Shown here: positions 1 to 9,554 of the stretch, in pieces
Layout of the letters: every line of letters begins with the position of its first letter
Numbering within the stretch: position 1 is the stretch's first letter
Assembly (NCBI GenBank): GCA_048937405.1
Contig: JBHLNF010000003.1
Coordinates: 224,001 to 288,000 of the forward strand
DNA from: Promethearchaeota archaeon
GTDB taxonomy: Archaea > Asgardarchaeota > Lokiarchaeia > Sigyniarchaeales > SOKP01
DNA length: 64,000 nucleotides
Direction of reading: 5' to 3'
Translations under genes and position numbers: made by a program
The notes under the pieces: generated by a model
What the model was told of the DNA's origin: nothing
The model's input: the letters and a program-made list of their open reading frames with translations, nothing else
Databases searched by the model: none

Positions 1-2662
1 AAGTTCCATAAAGGTGATTATCAAGTTCGAAGAAATGCTTAATTAATAAATAGAGTTCATTATGGGTTAATTTTACTTCTACACAAGACGCTAATGAACT
101 AATAAGACCTTCCATTTGAAATGATTTTCTATCAATCATTAAATCATCTAATTGCATCTCAATTTCCTTTGCTCTCCTTATTTCTTCATCAAGAGTTCTA
201 TAAAAATCGTTTAATTTCTTTCTTTTTTTCCCATCTTCTTCAGCAAAAATTACACCTTTGAAATCTTTTTCGATACTCCCTATAATTGGTTCCAAAATTC
301 CAATTGATTCTTCAAAAAGATTAATACGTTTAATTATAGCATGTATTATGTCTGTTTCTACAGTTCCTTCCATGAATATATTATAAATATAGATTTCTTT
401 TGATTCTTGACCAATTCTATCAAGTCTTCCTATTCTTTGTTCTAATTTCATTGGATTCCAGGGTAGATCATAATTTATCAACACACGACAGAATTGGAAA
501 TTTCGACCTTCACCACCGATTTCTGTAGAAATCAAAATTGAAAATTTTTGGCTTGATCTGAATCTTTCAACTGCTTCATCTTTTTGTAGCTTATCTAATC
601 CTCCATAAAACAATTCAACTGTATAGTCCTGATTAAGACTCTCAATTAATGATTTAATAAATTTTAATGTATCAACGAATTGGGTAAAGATAATAATCTT
701 TTCTTTATGATTTTGTGAATATATTTGTTCTATTATTTCAATTAATTTATCTGATTTTGAATCATAGGGTAAAGTTTTTAATTTATCATAAAATTCTTTT
801 AAAATTTTCTCTTGATTGAAAAGCTCTACTGCTTCTTCTTTTTTTTTCTTGAATTCTTTATTATCAAAAAAATCAATTCGTTCTATATCAAGATATTGAT
901 CCTCTAATTCTGATTCGTAATATTCAGGATCCTCCTGTTTAATTATAGTAGGATCAAGAAAAATATCTTTGTACCTATCAATTTGTTCAAGTCTTCTTTC
1001 CAAGCTTTTCAAAAAAGCGAACTTGGAACTTGTTAATAATTTCTGTAGAGTGGTTATAATAAATCCTATTCCCACATTATCCTTACTTATAGAAGAATTA
1101 TAAATTTTAGCTAGATATAAACGGATTTCATTATAAATATCTAATTCTTGTTGATTGGGATTAACCATAATCGTATTTACTATTCTTTTATTTAATAACT
1201 CTTTAGAAAATACGTTTTTTTTCCGATTTCTAATTAAAAATTTAGATAATGTATGATCTTCTTCAATTTTTCTAATTAAGTTTAATTTAAAGGAATTATC
1301 TTGAATTTGGGTCAATACTTGGTTAATTTCCCTTTTTTTGTCAATATATCTGAGCTCTTTTAAAAGTTTTATTGTATTTTTTACTTCAAAATTATTCAAT
1401 CTATCAAGATTATTCAAATTTGAAACTAATAAATTAATAAAGGGCATATTTTTTCTAAAGTGCTCAAAATCACTGAAATTTTCAAAAACATCAGGATGAA
1501 TAAGTTCAATTAAAGAAAATAATTCAAATGAGTGAAGTTGTAAAGGAGTAGCAGTCAATAACAGCATACCTTCTGAATTAATACTTAATTTTTTCGCTAA
1601 TTCATAATTAAGAGTTTCTCGATAATTTCCAGTCATTGCATTAATAAGATATCTTCTTAAATGATGAGCTTCGTCAAAAATTACAATGTCCCAATTGATA
1701 TTGGATAATAGTTCGATATATTTTTTATTTCGCGCAAATTGAAGTGAACAAATAATTAAATTATCATAATAAAAAGGATTCTGGAGAATTTCAAGATGTT
1801 TATAACTTCCCCTTTTTTTTAGTTCTTTGACTTTCTTACCATCATATATAACAAAATTGATATTAAATTTATTTTGCATTTCAAATTGCCATTGTTTCAC
1901 TAAAGAGGCAGGAACTATAATTAAGATTCGTTCTGCTAAATCCCTTGCCATCATCTCCTTAATATATATGCCAGCTTCAATTGTTTTTCCAAGTCCAACT
2001 TCATCAGCTAAAATAATTCTTGGGAAATGTTCCTCAGACAAACGATGTGTAACATTTATCTGGTGTGGCATTAATGACAAGCGTGAATTTGTAATACACT
2101 TGATTTGATATGATTTATAATAAGAATAAAACAAATTTGCCCAATATTTAATCAAAAAATTTTTAGGAGGATCAGCTATCTGCTTTGAAATAAGACTTTT
2201 AATAGGTGTTTCATACTTAGAATAAATTTCATTTTCAAAAATCTGAGATTTTTTACCATTTTCCATTAAAAGTTCATAGGAAATTATTCCATCCTTAATC
2301 AGAAAATCTCTTTTATTTATATAACCATTTCCTTGTTTAGTAACAATTTGTTCATCTTTATCAAAAATATAATGAATGAGATCAATAGGATGGATTAATT
2401 TAATTATACTATTTCTGAAAGAAACTTTAAATTTAGCAACAATATAAGTATCATCCTCATCTAAAGATTTTGAAGTCGGGATTTCTAACTTTTTTATTAC
2501 TCGTCCAATCCCTAAATCTGGATTCAACCTATATATAACTAGGTTACCTACATTAAATTTCTGCCCTTGACAATAAACATTAAAACATTTAGAAAATCTT
2601 GATTCTAGTTCTTTTCCACAGAAAGGACAATTATAGTTAAGAGGATTTATATTGAAAGCCAT
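1..2662 (-). CDS. SNF2/RapA(HepA)-like helicase, 3' end runs off the window
   Basis: Absent from the ORF track, presumably because it has no stop in the window. Manual translation from ATG at 2662 (MAFNINPLNYNCPFCGKELE) shows SF2 motifs ILADEVGLGKT, IVIFDEAHHLR, LLLTATPLQLH, STEIGGEGRNFQFC and YDLPWNPMKLEQRIGRLDRIGQ. The frame is still open at base 1. Confidence 0.88.
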   Translation of the reverse strand, partial: MAFNINPLNYNCPFCGKELESRFSKCFNVYCQGQKFNVGNLVIYRLNPDLGIGRVIKKLEIPTSKSLDEDDTYIVAKFKVSFRNSIIKLIHPIDLIHYIFDKDEQIVTKQGNGYINKRDFLIKDGIISYELLMENGKKSQIFENEIYSKYETPIKSLISKQIADPPKNFLIKYWANLFYSYYKSYQIKCITNSRLSLMPHQINVTHRLSEEHFPRIILADEVGLGKTIEAGIYIKEMMARDLAERILIIVPASLVKQWQFEMQNKFNINFVIYDGKKVKELKKRGSYKHLEILQNPFYYDNLIICSLQFARNKKYIELLSNINWDIVIFDEAHHLRRYLINAMTGNYRETLNYELAKKLSINSEGMLLLTATPLQLHSFELFSLIELIHPDVFENFSDFEHFRKNMPFINLLVSNLNNLDRLNNFEVKNTIKLLKELRYIDKKREINQVLTQIQDNSFKLNLIRKIEEDHTLSKFLIRNRKKNVFSKELLNKRIVNTIMVNPNQQELDIYNEIRLYLAKIYNSSISKDNVGIGFIITTLQKLLTSSKFAFLKSLERRLEQIDRYKDIFLDPTIIKQEDPEYYESELEDQYLDIERIDFFDNKEFKKKKEEAVELFNQEKILKEFYDKLKTLPYDSKSDKLIEIIEQIYSQNHKEKIIIFTQFVDTLKFIKSLIESLNQDYTVELFYGGLDKLQKDEAVERFRSSQKFSILISTEIGGEGRNFQFCRVLINYDLPWNPMKLEQRIGRLDRIGQESKEIYIYNIFMEGTVETDIIHAIIKRINLFEESIGILEPIIGSIEKDFKGVIFAEEDGKKRKKLNDFYRTLDEEIRRAKEIEMQLDDLMIDRKSFQMEGLISSLASCVEVKLTHNELYLLIKHFFELDNHLYGT

Positions 2663-3122
2663 TATCTTTATATAGTATTTAGTAAACTGTGAAGTAAAAA
2701 TTTATTTATTTTAAATTAGAAGTGATTGAAAATCTCAATCGCTGGGATTATTAAAGCGTATCTTTTTTCCATTAGAAAATAAAATATTCTATATGGGGGC
2801 TTTAAAAATTGAAAAAGTATTGGATATATTTGAAATTATATTAAGAGATGAAAATATAGCTTTCAATGAATGATTATTCTATAAAAACTATCTTAATCTA
2901 ACGTAGAAGGGGAAAATTTTGTTTTTTCAATAATATTAGAATATTAATAGATATGATAGTTTTTTCTTTTGCCTGAGTTGATTTTATACAAAAATTAGAT
3001 TCCTTTGTATTATTATATTACAAAAAAAATATAATTATTTTATAAAGAAAACATAATAGTTATATTCAAATTAAAATAAGCTTTTTAATATACAATAATA
3101 TACTTAATGTTCACTACTGAAA

Positions 3123-5885
3123 ATGACTGAATCTAATAAAAAGGCAGCTGGAGATAAAATCAAGGGAACTTCTTCAATTGAATTACTTAAAAAAGTAAAT
3201 TCTGCAGCTAATTATTGTTATAATTGTAATCGATGTAATAATGTATGCCCCACTGCCTTTCTTGACATCTTTTACCCTCGTAGTTTAATTACTGATTTAA
3301 TTTATCTAACCCCCGAAGAAGCTCTGCAAAATAATGATATTTGGAAATGTCTTACTTGTGGCTTATGTTCAATTTATTGTCCAATGACTAAAGAAAACAC
3401 TGGAGTAAATTTTACGCAAATTATTAGGGATCTTCGGTCTCTTGTTTCAGATTATAAACCATTACAAGATGGATTGTTAAGTTGTAATCACGAGAGAGTA
3501 TACTCAAGTCTGCCAAAATTAATGGCTGAAGACAAAATTAAATTTACTAATAAGACTGGTTTCATTGATGGAACAGGATTAAAAATAACAGATAAAGGAG
3601 ATATTGGTTATTTCATGGGATGTATTCCCTTTTTGACAGGAGCAGCTCCGTGCGTTATTGGATGTCCTGCGGGAGTAGATGTCCAAGGATATGTATCACT
3701 TATTTCAGAAGGTAAGTTCCAAGAGGCTCTCGATCTTATTAGAGAAACTAATCCATTACCATATTTATGTGGGAGAATTTGTACTGCTCAATGTGCTTTA
3801 AATTGTAACCGTCAACATTTTGATGATCCTGTAGCTATACGCGAACTTAAAAGGTTTGTTTGTGATTGGGAAAGAGATCACCCTAACCAGAGTAGAATTA
3901 AACCAGTTCCACAAACTAAAGAGAGGGTTGCCATTATTGGAGCTGGACCGGGGGGATTATCAGCAGCATATTTCCTTGCAAGAATGGGATATAAACCTAC
4001 GATTTTCGAGAAAGGAGATAAAGTTGGAGGTGTAGTAAGATATGGTGTCCCACAGTATAGACTTTCTGATGAAGCACTTGACCAAGATGTTGAATTCATA
4101 AAAAGTATGGGTGTAGAAATTGTTTTAAATAAAGAATTTGGTCCCAATTTCACCCTAGAAGATATTTGGAAAGATGGATATAAAGCAGTCTTCATTGCTG
4201 TAGGTTTATACGTACCAAAGACTCTAAGACTCGAAGGGGAAGACTTACCTAATGTAGATGTTGCAATTGATTTTCTATTAGAACGAAAATATAAATGTTC
4301 TGAAAATCCAGAGGAATTTAAAGGTAAAACTTTTGGTATTATTGGAGGAGGTGCTGTTGCTGTAGATGTTGCTGAGACAGTAGTTCGACTCGGAGCTGTT
4401 AAAGCTAATTTGGTTGACATATTAAGTGAAGAAGCTCTTAAAAATGTACTTAAAGATTTACACGAAGCTGAAAGAGAAGTAATTGAATATCATTTTGAAA
4501 CATCAACAGCTAAAATTTCAAAAGAACCTAATGGTAAATTAGCTTTAAATTGTTATAAGATTAAATGGGGAGATCTCGACCGTAAAACTGGAAGACGATC
4601 CCTGAATAAAATTGATGGTTCAGAATATAAAATTATTGTTGACCATATTGTAATAGCAATCGGGCAAGGACTTAATTCAGAACCACTTCTAGTTGCTACT
4701 GATAATAAGTTAAAGATTGATAGAGGCAAACTTATCGTTGATAATCTAACATATGAAACAGGTATTCCTGGAGTCTTTGCGGGGGGAGATATTATAAATA
4801 ATTCATTAATGTGTGCAGTTGATGCTATAGGAGATGGAAGAGAAGCGGCTTTTTCGATAGATAGATATCTCCGCGGATTTGATTTAAAAGAAGGAAGAAT
4901 TAGAAAGAATGATCTAAAACGGTCTACTATACCTAAAAAATATATTCAAGTTCAATCTTGCCAAGATATGAATTTTATGCCTGGTTCTGAGAGATTGGTC
5001 TGTTTTGACGAAATTGAGTTAGGATTTACAGAAGAACAAGCGAAAAAGGAAGCTAATCGATGTTTGAATTGTAATTGTTGCTGTAATTCTGACCAAATAC
5101 CAGAGGATTTTGAAAAATCACTTAATTCTTCTGGAATAATGATATGTGATTATGGAAGTCAAACTAATTGGAGATCTTTAAATGCTCCTGATTATTTAGA
5201 AATTCCAAGAAGTATAATTGGAATATTAAATCAAAATGATATTGTTCCAGTTGTTTTATCTGAAGAAAAATGTTGTGGACATGATCTTCTTTGGAGGGGA
5301 GATACTGAGAGTTTTAGAAAATTAGCGGAATATAATGTTAAACTCTTTAAAGATGCAGGAGTAAAGACCCTAATTTTTAGTTGCGCTGAAGGATATTATA
5401 CCTGGAAATTTGAATATAAAAAATTATTTAAAAATAGCGATGATTTCGATTTTAAAATTTATCACATAACAGAATATATTTTAAAGGAGAATTTGCTTGA
5501 AAATATCACATTTCCTAACTATGATAATATTAAAATAACCTACCACGATCCTTGTAGACTAGGCAGAATGAGTAATGTATTTGATGCTCCACGTGAAGTA
5601 TTAAAACTTATACCCTATGTAGAGATAGTTGAAATGGAGGATTCAAAGCAAGATGCTGAATGTTGTGGTGTTTCAGCTTATATTTCATGTAATCAGGATT
5701 CGAAAAAATTACAGGAGAAAAAGATAAACCAAGCAATTGAGACTGGAGCAGAATACCTTATTTCCTCATGCCCAAAATGTATTGCCCATTTAAATTGTTA
5801 TTTAAATGAAAATAGAGAATTAAAAGATAAAATAAAGGTTATAGATCTAGTAAGTTTTCTTGGAAAACAACTTTTTTTGATTTAA
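3123..5885 (+). CDS. HdrD-like Fe-S/CCG oxidoreductase with an internal GltD/NfnB-like FAD/NAD(P) domain
   Basis: N-terminal CYNCNRCNNVCP and CLTCGLCSIYCP. Centre APCVIGCPAG...LCGRIC...C, GAGPGG, GGGAVA, GVFAGGD, EANRCLNC. C-terminal CCG domains EKCCGH, YHDPCRLGR, CCG, SCPKC. Confidence 0.85.
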   Translation: MTESNKKAAGDKIKGTSSIELLKKVNSAANYCYNCNRCNNVCPTAFLDIFYPRSLITDLIYLTPEEALQNNDIWKCLTCGLCSIYCPMTKENTGVNFTQIIRDLRSLVSDYKPLQDGLLSCNHERVYSSLPKLMAEDKIKFTNKTGFIDGTGLKITDKGDIGYFMGCIPFLTGAAPCVIGCPAGVDVQGYVSLISEGKFQEALDLIRETNPLPYLCGRICTAQCALNCNRQHFDDPVAIRELKRFVCDWERDHPNQSRIKPVPQTKERVAIIGAGPGGLSAAYFLARMGYKPTIFEKGDKVGGVVRYGVPQYRLSDEALDQDVEFIKSMGVEIVLNKEFGPNFTLEDIWKDGYKAVFIAVGLYVPKTLRLEGEDLPNVDVAIDFLLERKYKCSENPEEFKGKTFGIIGGGAVAVDVAETVVRLGAVKANLVDILSEEALKNVLKDLHEAEREVIEYHFETSTAKISKEPNGKLALNCYKIKWGDLDRKTGRRSLNKIDGSEYKIIVDHIVIAIGQGLNSEPLLVATDNKLKIDRGKLIVDNLTYETGIPGVFAGGDIINNSLMCAVDAIGDGREAAFSIDRYLRGFDLKEGRIRKNDLKRSTIPKKYIQVQSCQDMNFMPGSERLVCFDEIELGFTEEQAKKEANRCLNCNCCCNSDQIPEDFEKSLNSSGIMICDYGSQTNWRSLNAPDYLEIPRSIIGILNQNDIVPVVLSEEKCCGHDLLWRGDTESFRKLAEYNVKLFKDAGVKTLIFSCAEGYYTWKFEYKKLFKNSDDFDFKIYHITEYILKENLLENITFPNYDNIKITYHDPCRLGRMSNVFDAPREVLKLIPYVEIVEMEDSKQDAECCGVSAYISCNQDSKKLQEKKINQAIETGAEYLISSCPKCIAHLNCYLNENRELKDKIKVIDLVSFLGKQLFLI

Positions 5886-5908
5886 AATTATTTAAAATCT
5901 TATTTATT

Positions 5909-5934
5909 AAACAGATTTGAATAGAAATCTGTTT
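5909..5934. repeat. perfect 10-bp inverted repeat between the HdrD-like gene and aor (terminator hairpin or operator)
   Basis: AAACAGATTT-gaatag-AAATCTGTTT followed by a T-rich tract. Confidence 0.5.
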
Positions 5935-6122
5935 TATTTTAATAATTAACAAATATGTCAATATCTCTAGTTTATTCTTAATTCAAATAGATAAATCTAC
6001 AGATTGACAATTTTAAAAATAGAGATTTTTAAGATTAACAAGTAACCTTTAAAATTTTGCTAATTTATTTTAAATATCTACAATCTATTTAAAATATAAA
6101 TATACAACTAGTTGTGAAAAAC

Positions 6123-8048
6123 ATGAGTAAAACTAAGGATATACCTGTTCCGGATAAAGTTTCAGGTTTTACACAGGTCAGACTTGATGTAAATCTAACA
6201 GATGGAAAGATTAGTAAATCAACACTTTCTAATGAATTCTGTCGTGACTGGATTGGAGGTTATGGTTTTGGTGCTAAAGTACTTTGGGATGAATGTCCTG
6301 CTGGAGTTGATCCATTAAGCCCAGAAAATGTTTTTGTCTACGCTCATGGACCATTTCCAGGTACAATATTACCTACATCAAGTAAATATGGGGTATTTGC
6401 TAAATCTCCATTAACTGGTATGTTTGGAATGGCTATATCTTCAGGATCGGTTGGTGCTCAAGCCCGACGTGCTGGTATCAATATGATTGTTGTTAAAGGT
6501 AAGGCTCCAGAACCTGTGTATATGGTTGTTGATGATGATGATTATTATTTAGTAAAATGCAAAGATTCCGTGTGGGGAAAGGGTTGCTGGGAAACAGAAG
6601 AACTTTTGAGAGAGGAATTCCAAGATCATCGTCTTGGAATAATGACTATTGGTCCAGGAGGCGAACGTGGAAGTTATATGGGATGTATAACAAATGATCG
6701 AAATAGACAAGCAGGGAGGACAGGTATGGGTGCTGTTATGGGATCAAAAAATCTAAAAGCAATATGCTTCAGAGGTACCAAGGGAATTAGTGTTGCTAAT
6801 CCTGTCGAATTCTATAAATTAGCAAAGAAATTAATAAAAGTAGCAAATGGTCCTGCTACGGCTAAATATCGAGATTTAGGTACACCTGCAGGGATAACCA
6901 GTTATAATAAACTTGGAATGATGCCAACTTTCAACCATCGTGAGGGTACATGGGATAAGGTAGATGATGGAACTTTTACTGGTGATACATTAAACCAAGA
7001 TTGGGTTGTAAAGAAGGTTGCTTGCTCGCAATGTTCAATAGGATGTGATCATATTACAAAAATACCTAAAGATCATCCTCATTGGCCTAATCTCTATTCT
7101 AGTATTGATCAAGAATTATGCTATAGCTTTGGATCTGCTTGTGGAAATTATGATTGGCCATCTGTATTTAAATGTGTTTCATTAACAGATGATTTGGGTA
7201 TTGACGCTATAAGCGGAGGTGTTACAGCTGCTATGGCTTGTGAGTGTTATGAAGAAGGAATTATAACTAAAGAAGATTTAGGTTATGAATTACCTTTTGG
7301 ATCAACTGTTAATCTCGTAAGATTCACTGAAGAGATGATTCTTGGTAAAGGATTTGCAGGGAAGGTTTTTGGAGATGGTACAAGAGAAGCAGGAAAGCGA
7401 TTAGAAGAAATGGGCAGAAAAAATGCAAGTTATTATGGTATGCATATTAAGGGATTAGAAATACCTGCATTTGATGTACATGGTATGAATTCTTTTGCTG
7501 TTGGAATGAGTGTTTCTATTCGTGGTGCATGTCATTTACGGAATGGCTCATATGGTCTCGATGCTAAAGGAAATTTCGACAGATTTGGGTATGATAAACC
7601 ACTTGAGAGAGGAAAAGCAATAAAAGATCTAGAAGATATATACGCTATAATTGATTCATATATCGTATGTAAATTTACTCGAGGTATCTATGAAAATGAT
7701 GCTGAAATGGCAAAAGTGTTTGAATTAGTAACAGGAATTCCAGTAACAGATAAATTTATACAACATAGAGGAGATGCCATTTTAAATCTTTCAAAGTGTT
7801 TTAACATCCGAGAAGGATGGACGAGAGATGATGATAGACCTCCTGAACGATTCTTCAAGCAACCACACACAAAAGGTCCAGCCAAGGGTGTTACCTTAAA
7901 GGAAGATGGTTATCAGAAATTATTAAGTGGTTATTATGAAGCTCGAGGTTGGGATACTAAAACTGGAATTCCAACTGATGAAACATTGAAATCACTTGGA
8001 TTAGATTTTGTAATTGGTAAATTAAAGCCCGCTGGAGGTAAGAAGTAA
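6123..8048 (+). CDS. aor: aldehyde:ferredoxin oxidoreductase (W-pterin family)
   Basis: KSPLTG, AGRTGMGAVMGSKNLKA, CSQCSIGC, DDLGIDAIS, RGACHL, FNIREG, YYEARGWD motifs. ATG 6123 is preferred over the track's GTG 6114. Confidence 0.9.
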   Translation: MSKTKDIPVPDKVSGFTQVRLDVNLTDGKISKSTLSNEFCRDWIGGYGFGAKVLWDECPAGVDPLSPENVFVYAHGPFPGTILPTSSKYGVFAKSPLTGMFGMAISSGSVGAQARRAGINMIVVKGKAPEPVYMVVDDDDYYLVKCKDSVWGKGCWETEELLREEFQDHRLGIMTIGPGGERGSYMGCITNDRNRQAGRTGMGAVMGSKNLKAICFRGTKGISVANPVEFYKLAKKLIKVANGPATAKYRDLGTPAGITSYNKLGMMPTFNHREGTWDKVDDGTFTGDTLNQDWVVKKVACSQCSIGCDHITKIPKDHPHWPNLYSSIDQELCYSFGSACGNYDWPSVFKCVSLTDDLGIDAISGGVTAAMACECYEEGIITKEDLGYELPFGSTVNLVRFTEEMILGKGFAGKVFGDGTREAGKRLEEMGRKNASYYGMHIKGLEIPAFDVHGMNSFAVGMSVSIRGACHLRNGSYGLDAKGNFDRFGYDKPLERGKAIKDLEDIYAIIDSYIVCKFTRGIYENDAEMAKVFELVTGIPVTDKFIQHRGDAILNLSKCFNIREGWTRDDDRPPERFFKQPHTKGPAKGVTLKEDGYQKLLSGYYEARGWDTKTGIPTDETLKSLGLDFVIGKLKPAGGKK

Positions 8049-8603
8049 ATGTCAAAAGCCACAAAAAAGAGAGGCGGAGTAGTTCACCAATTCATTATAG
8101 TTGATCCAAACTTATGTACAGGATGCGAAACCTGTGAATCAGTTTGTTCATTTGTTCATGATGGAGAATTCAATCCAATAAACACTAGAATTCATAGAGT
8201 CAGAATCGAACCCATTTTAAACGTTGCCTTAGCCTGCCAGAAATGTGATGATGCTCCATGTGTTCGTAGTTGTCCCGAAAAAGCCTTAGAACAAGATAAA
8301 AAAACAGGTTCAATTATCGTCGATGATGATAAGTGCAATGGTTGCGCTTTTTGTATCCGCGCATGCGATTTTGGTGTTTTGAGTTTACATATTCAATCTC
8401 AAAAAGCTTTAATTTGCGATCTTTGTGAAACTATGAAGGAGGATTATATTGATCCCGAAAGGGGTGAAAAGTACCCAGCTTGCATTGATGTTTGTCCAAA
8501 GGAAGCAATCTCATTAAAAGATGTAGAACAAATAGGGGAAGAAAAGCGTATTGATGCTGTAAAGAGATTGTTCGGGGAGATATTAGAAGAAACTAAAGCG
8601 TAA
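8049..8603 (+). CDS. 4x[4Fe-4S] ferredoxin-like subunit, probable AOR partner
   Basis: CTGCETCESVC, CQKCDDAPCVRSCP, CNGCAFCIRAC, CDLC...PACIDVCP. Starts immediately after the aor stop. Confidence 0.88.
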   Translation: MSKATKKRGGVVHQFIIVDPNLCTGCETCESVCSFVHDGEFNPINTRIHRVRIEPILNVALACQKCDDAPCVRSCPEKALEQDKKTGSIIVDDDKCNGCAFCIRACDFGVLSLHIQSQKALICDLCETMKEDYIDPERGEKYPACIDVCPKEAISLKDVEQIGEEKRIDAVKRLFGEILEETKA

Positions 8604-8609
8604 AACAAA

Positions 8610-8648
8610 CTTTTTTTAAATATCTTTTATTTTTTATTCTAATTTTTT
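8610..8648 (+). terminator. archaeal oligo-T terminator after the aor operon
   Basis: Several T runs (T4-T7) directly after the stop codon; similar tracts at 13341-13368 and 30317-30340. Confidence 0.5.
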
Positions 8649-8721
8649 GGATTTCAATTAAAAATTAATAATTATTACTTTTTTATGAAAGACTAAATAT
8701 TTTTCAACTAAGATTATAATT

Positions 8722-9189
8722 ATGTACTCCCTAAGAAAAGCTAATTTCAATGATATTGATAAACTAATAAAGTTTCGTATTGAATTCTTAAAAGAAACTC
8801 AAGAGGCACCTAATGATGAGGAAATGCAAATATTCAGAAAAACTCTCAAAGATTATTTTTTAGATAAAATGAAATCCAATGAGTTTATTGCTTGGTTGGC
8901 TGAATCTGATAAAAAAATCATCGCAACAAGTGGTTTATCTTTTTTACAGAGACCCCCTCATTTTGTCAATAAAATTGGAAAATTTGCTTATATTATGAAT
9001 ATGTATACCAGACCTAATTGGCGTAGAAAAGGAATTGGTTCAGCATTAATTGAGAAATTAATTGAAGAAATAAAGAAAAAAGGAATACAATCAGTAGTAT
9101 TACATGCAACTCCCTCTGGAAGACCATTATATGAAAAGTACGGTTTTAGAGAGAATGATGGTGATAAAGAAATGATATTAAAATTATAA
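8722..9189 (+). CDS. GNAT family N-acetyltransferase
   Basis: AYIMNMYTRPNWRRKGIGSAL ... GRPLYEKYGF acetyl-CoA binding motif. Confidence 0.88.
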   Translation: MYSLRKANFNDIDKLIKFRIEFLKETQEAPNDEEMQIFRKTLKDYFLDKMKSNEFIAWLAESDKKIIATSGLSFLQRPPHFVNKIGKFAYIMNMYTRPNWRRKGIGSALIEKLIEEIKKKGIQSVVLHATPSGRPLYEKYGFRENDGDKEMILKL

Positions 9190-9554
9190 ATAATAATTAG
9201 GTTTAATCTTATCAATCATAATCAAAAAAACATTAATTAGTAACTTATGCATTTTAAGAAGAAAATTGATCAAAATTGATGCAATTTCAGAACTAATTGC
9301 ACGGAAATGATAATATTATAACTCGTTTTTAACGATATTCGTCTATTCTAATTTTGTAAGTCTTTTAGGTATAATAATTACTATAAACTCATTAAACTTC
9401 AATGATAGGGAAATTACATGTCATAATAATTTAATTTTAATAATATAGACTATTTATTTTATCATTAGAATTTCTGGGATTAGTATTAAAGACTAATCTA
9501 AGAGATTATCGATCTTTAAAATTTAGGAGGTTAAACTAACTAAAGGTGAATTAT

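Noticed and set aside
1827-2108. Short track ORFs antisense to or overlapping long genes (for example 1827..2108, 3878..4420, 9824..10093, 13767..14336, 28648..29049, 36853..37188, 55259..55570)
   Set aside because: They are shadows of well-supported genes on the other strand or frame and carry no recognisable motifs. Their recurrence in the MCPs only reflects the DNA repeat.
9478-9498. Hairpin GATTAGT...ACTAATC upstream of hdrA as a 5' SECIS
   Set aside because: It is too short and lacks both the AUGA/GA core and the archaeal GAA/A motif
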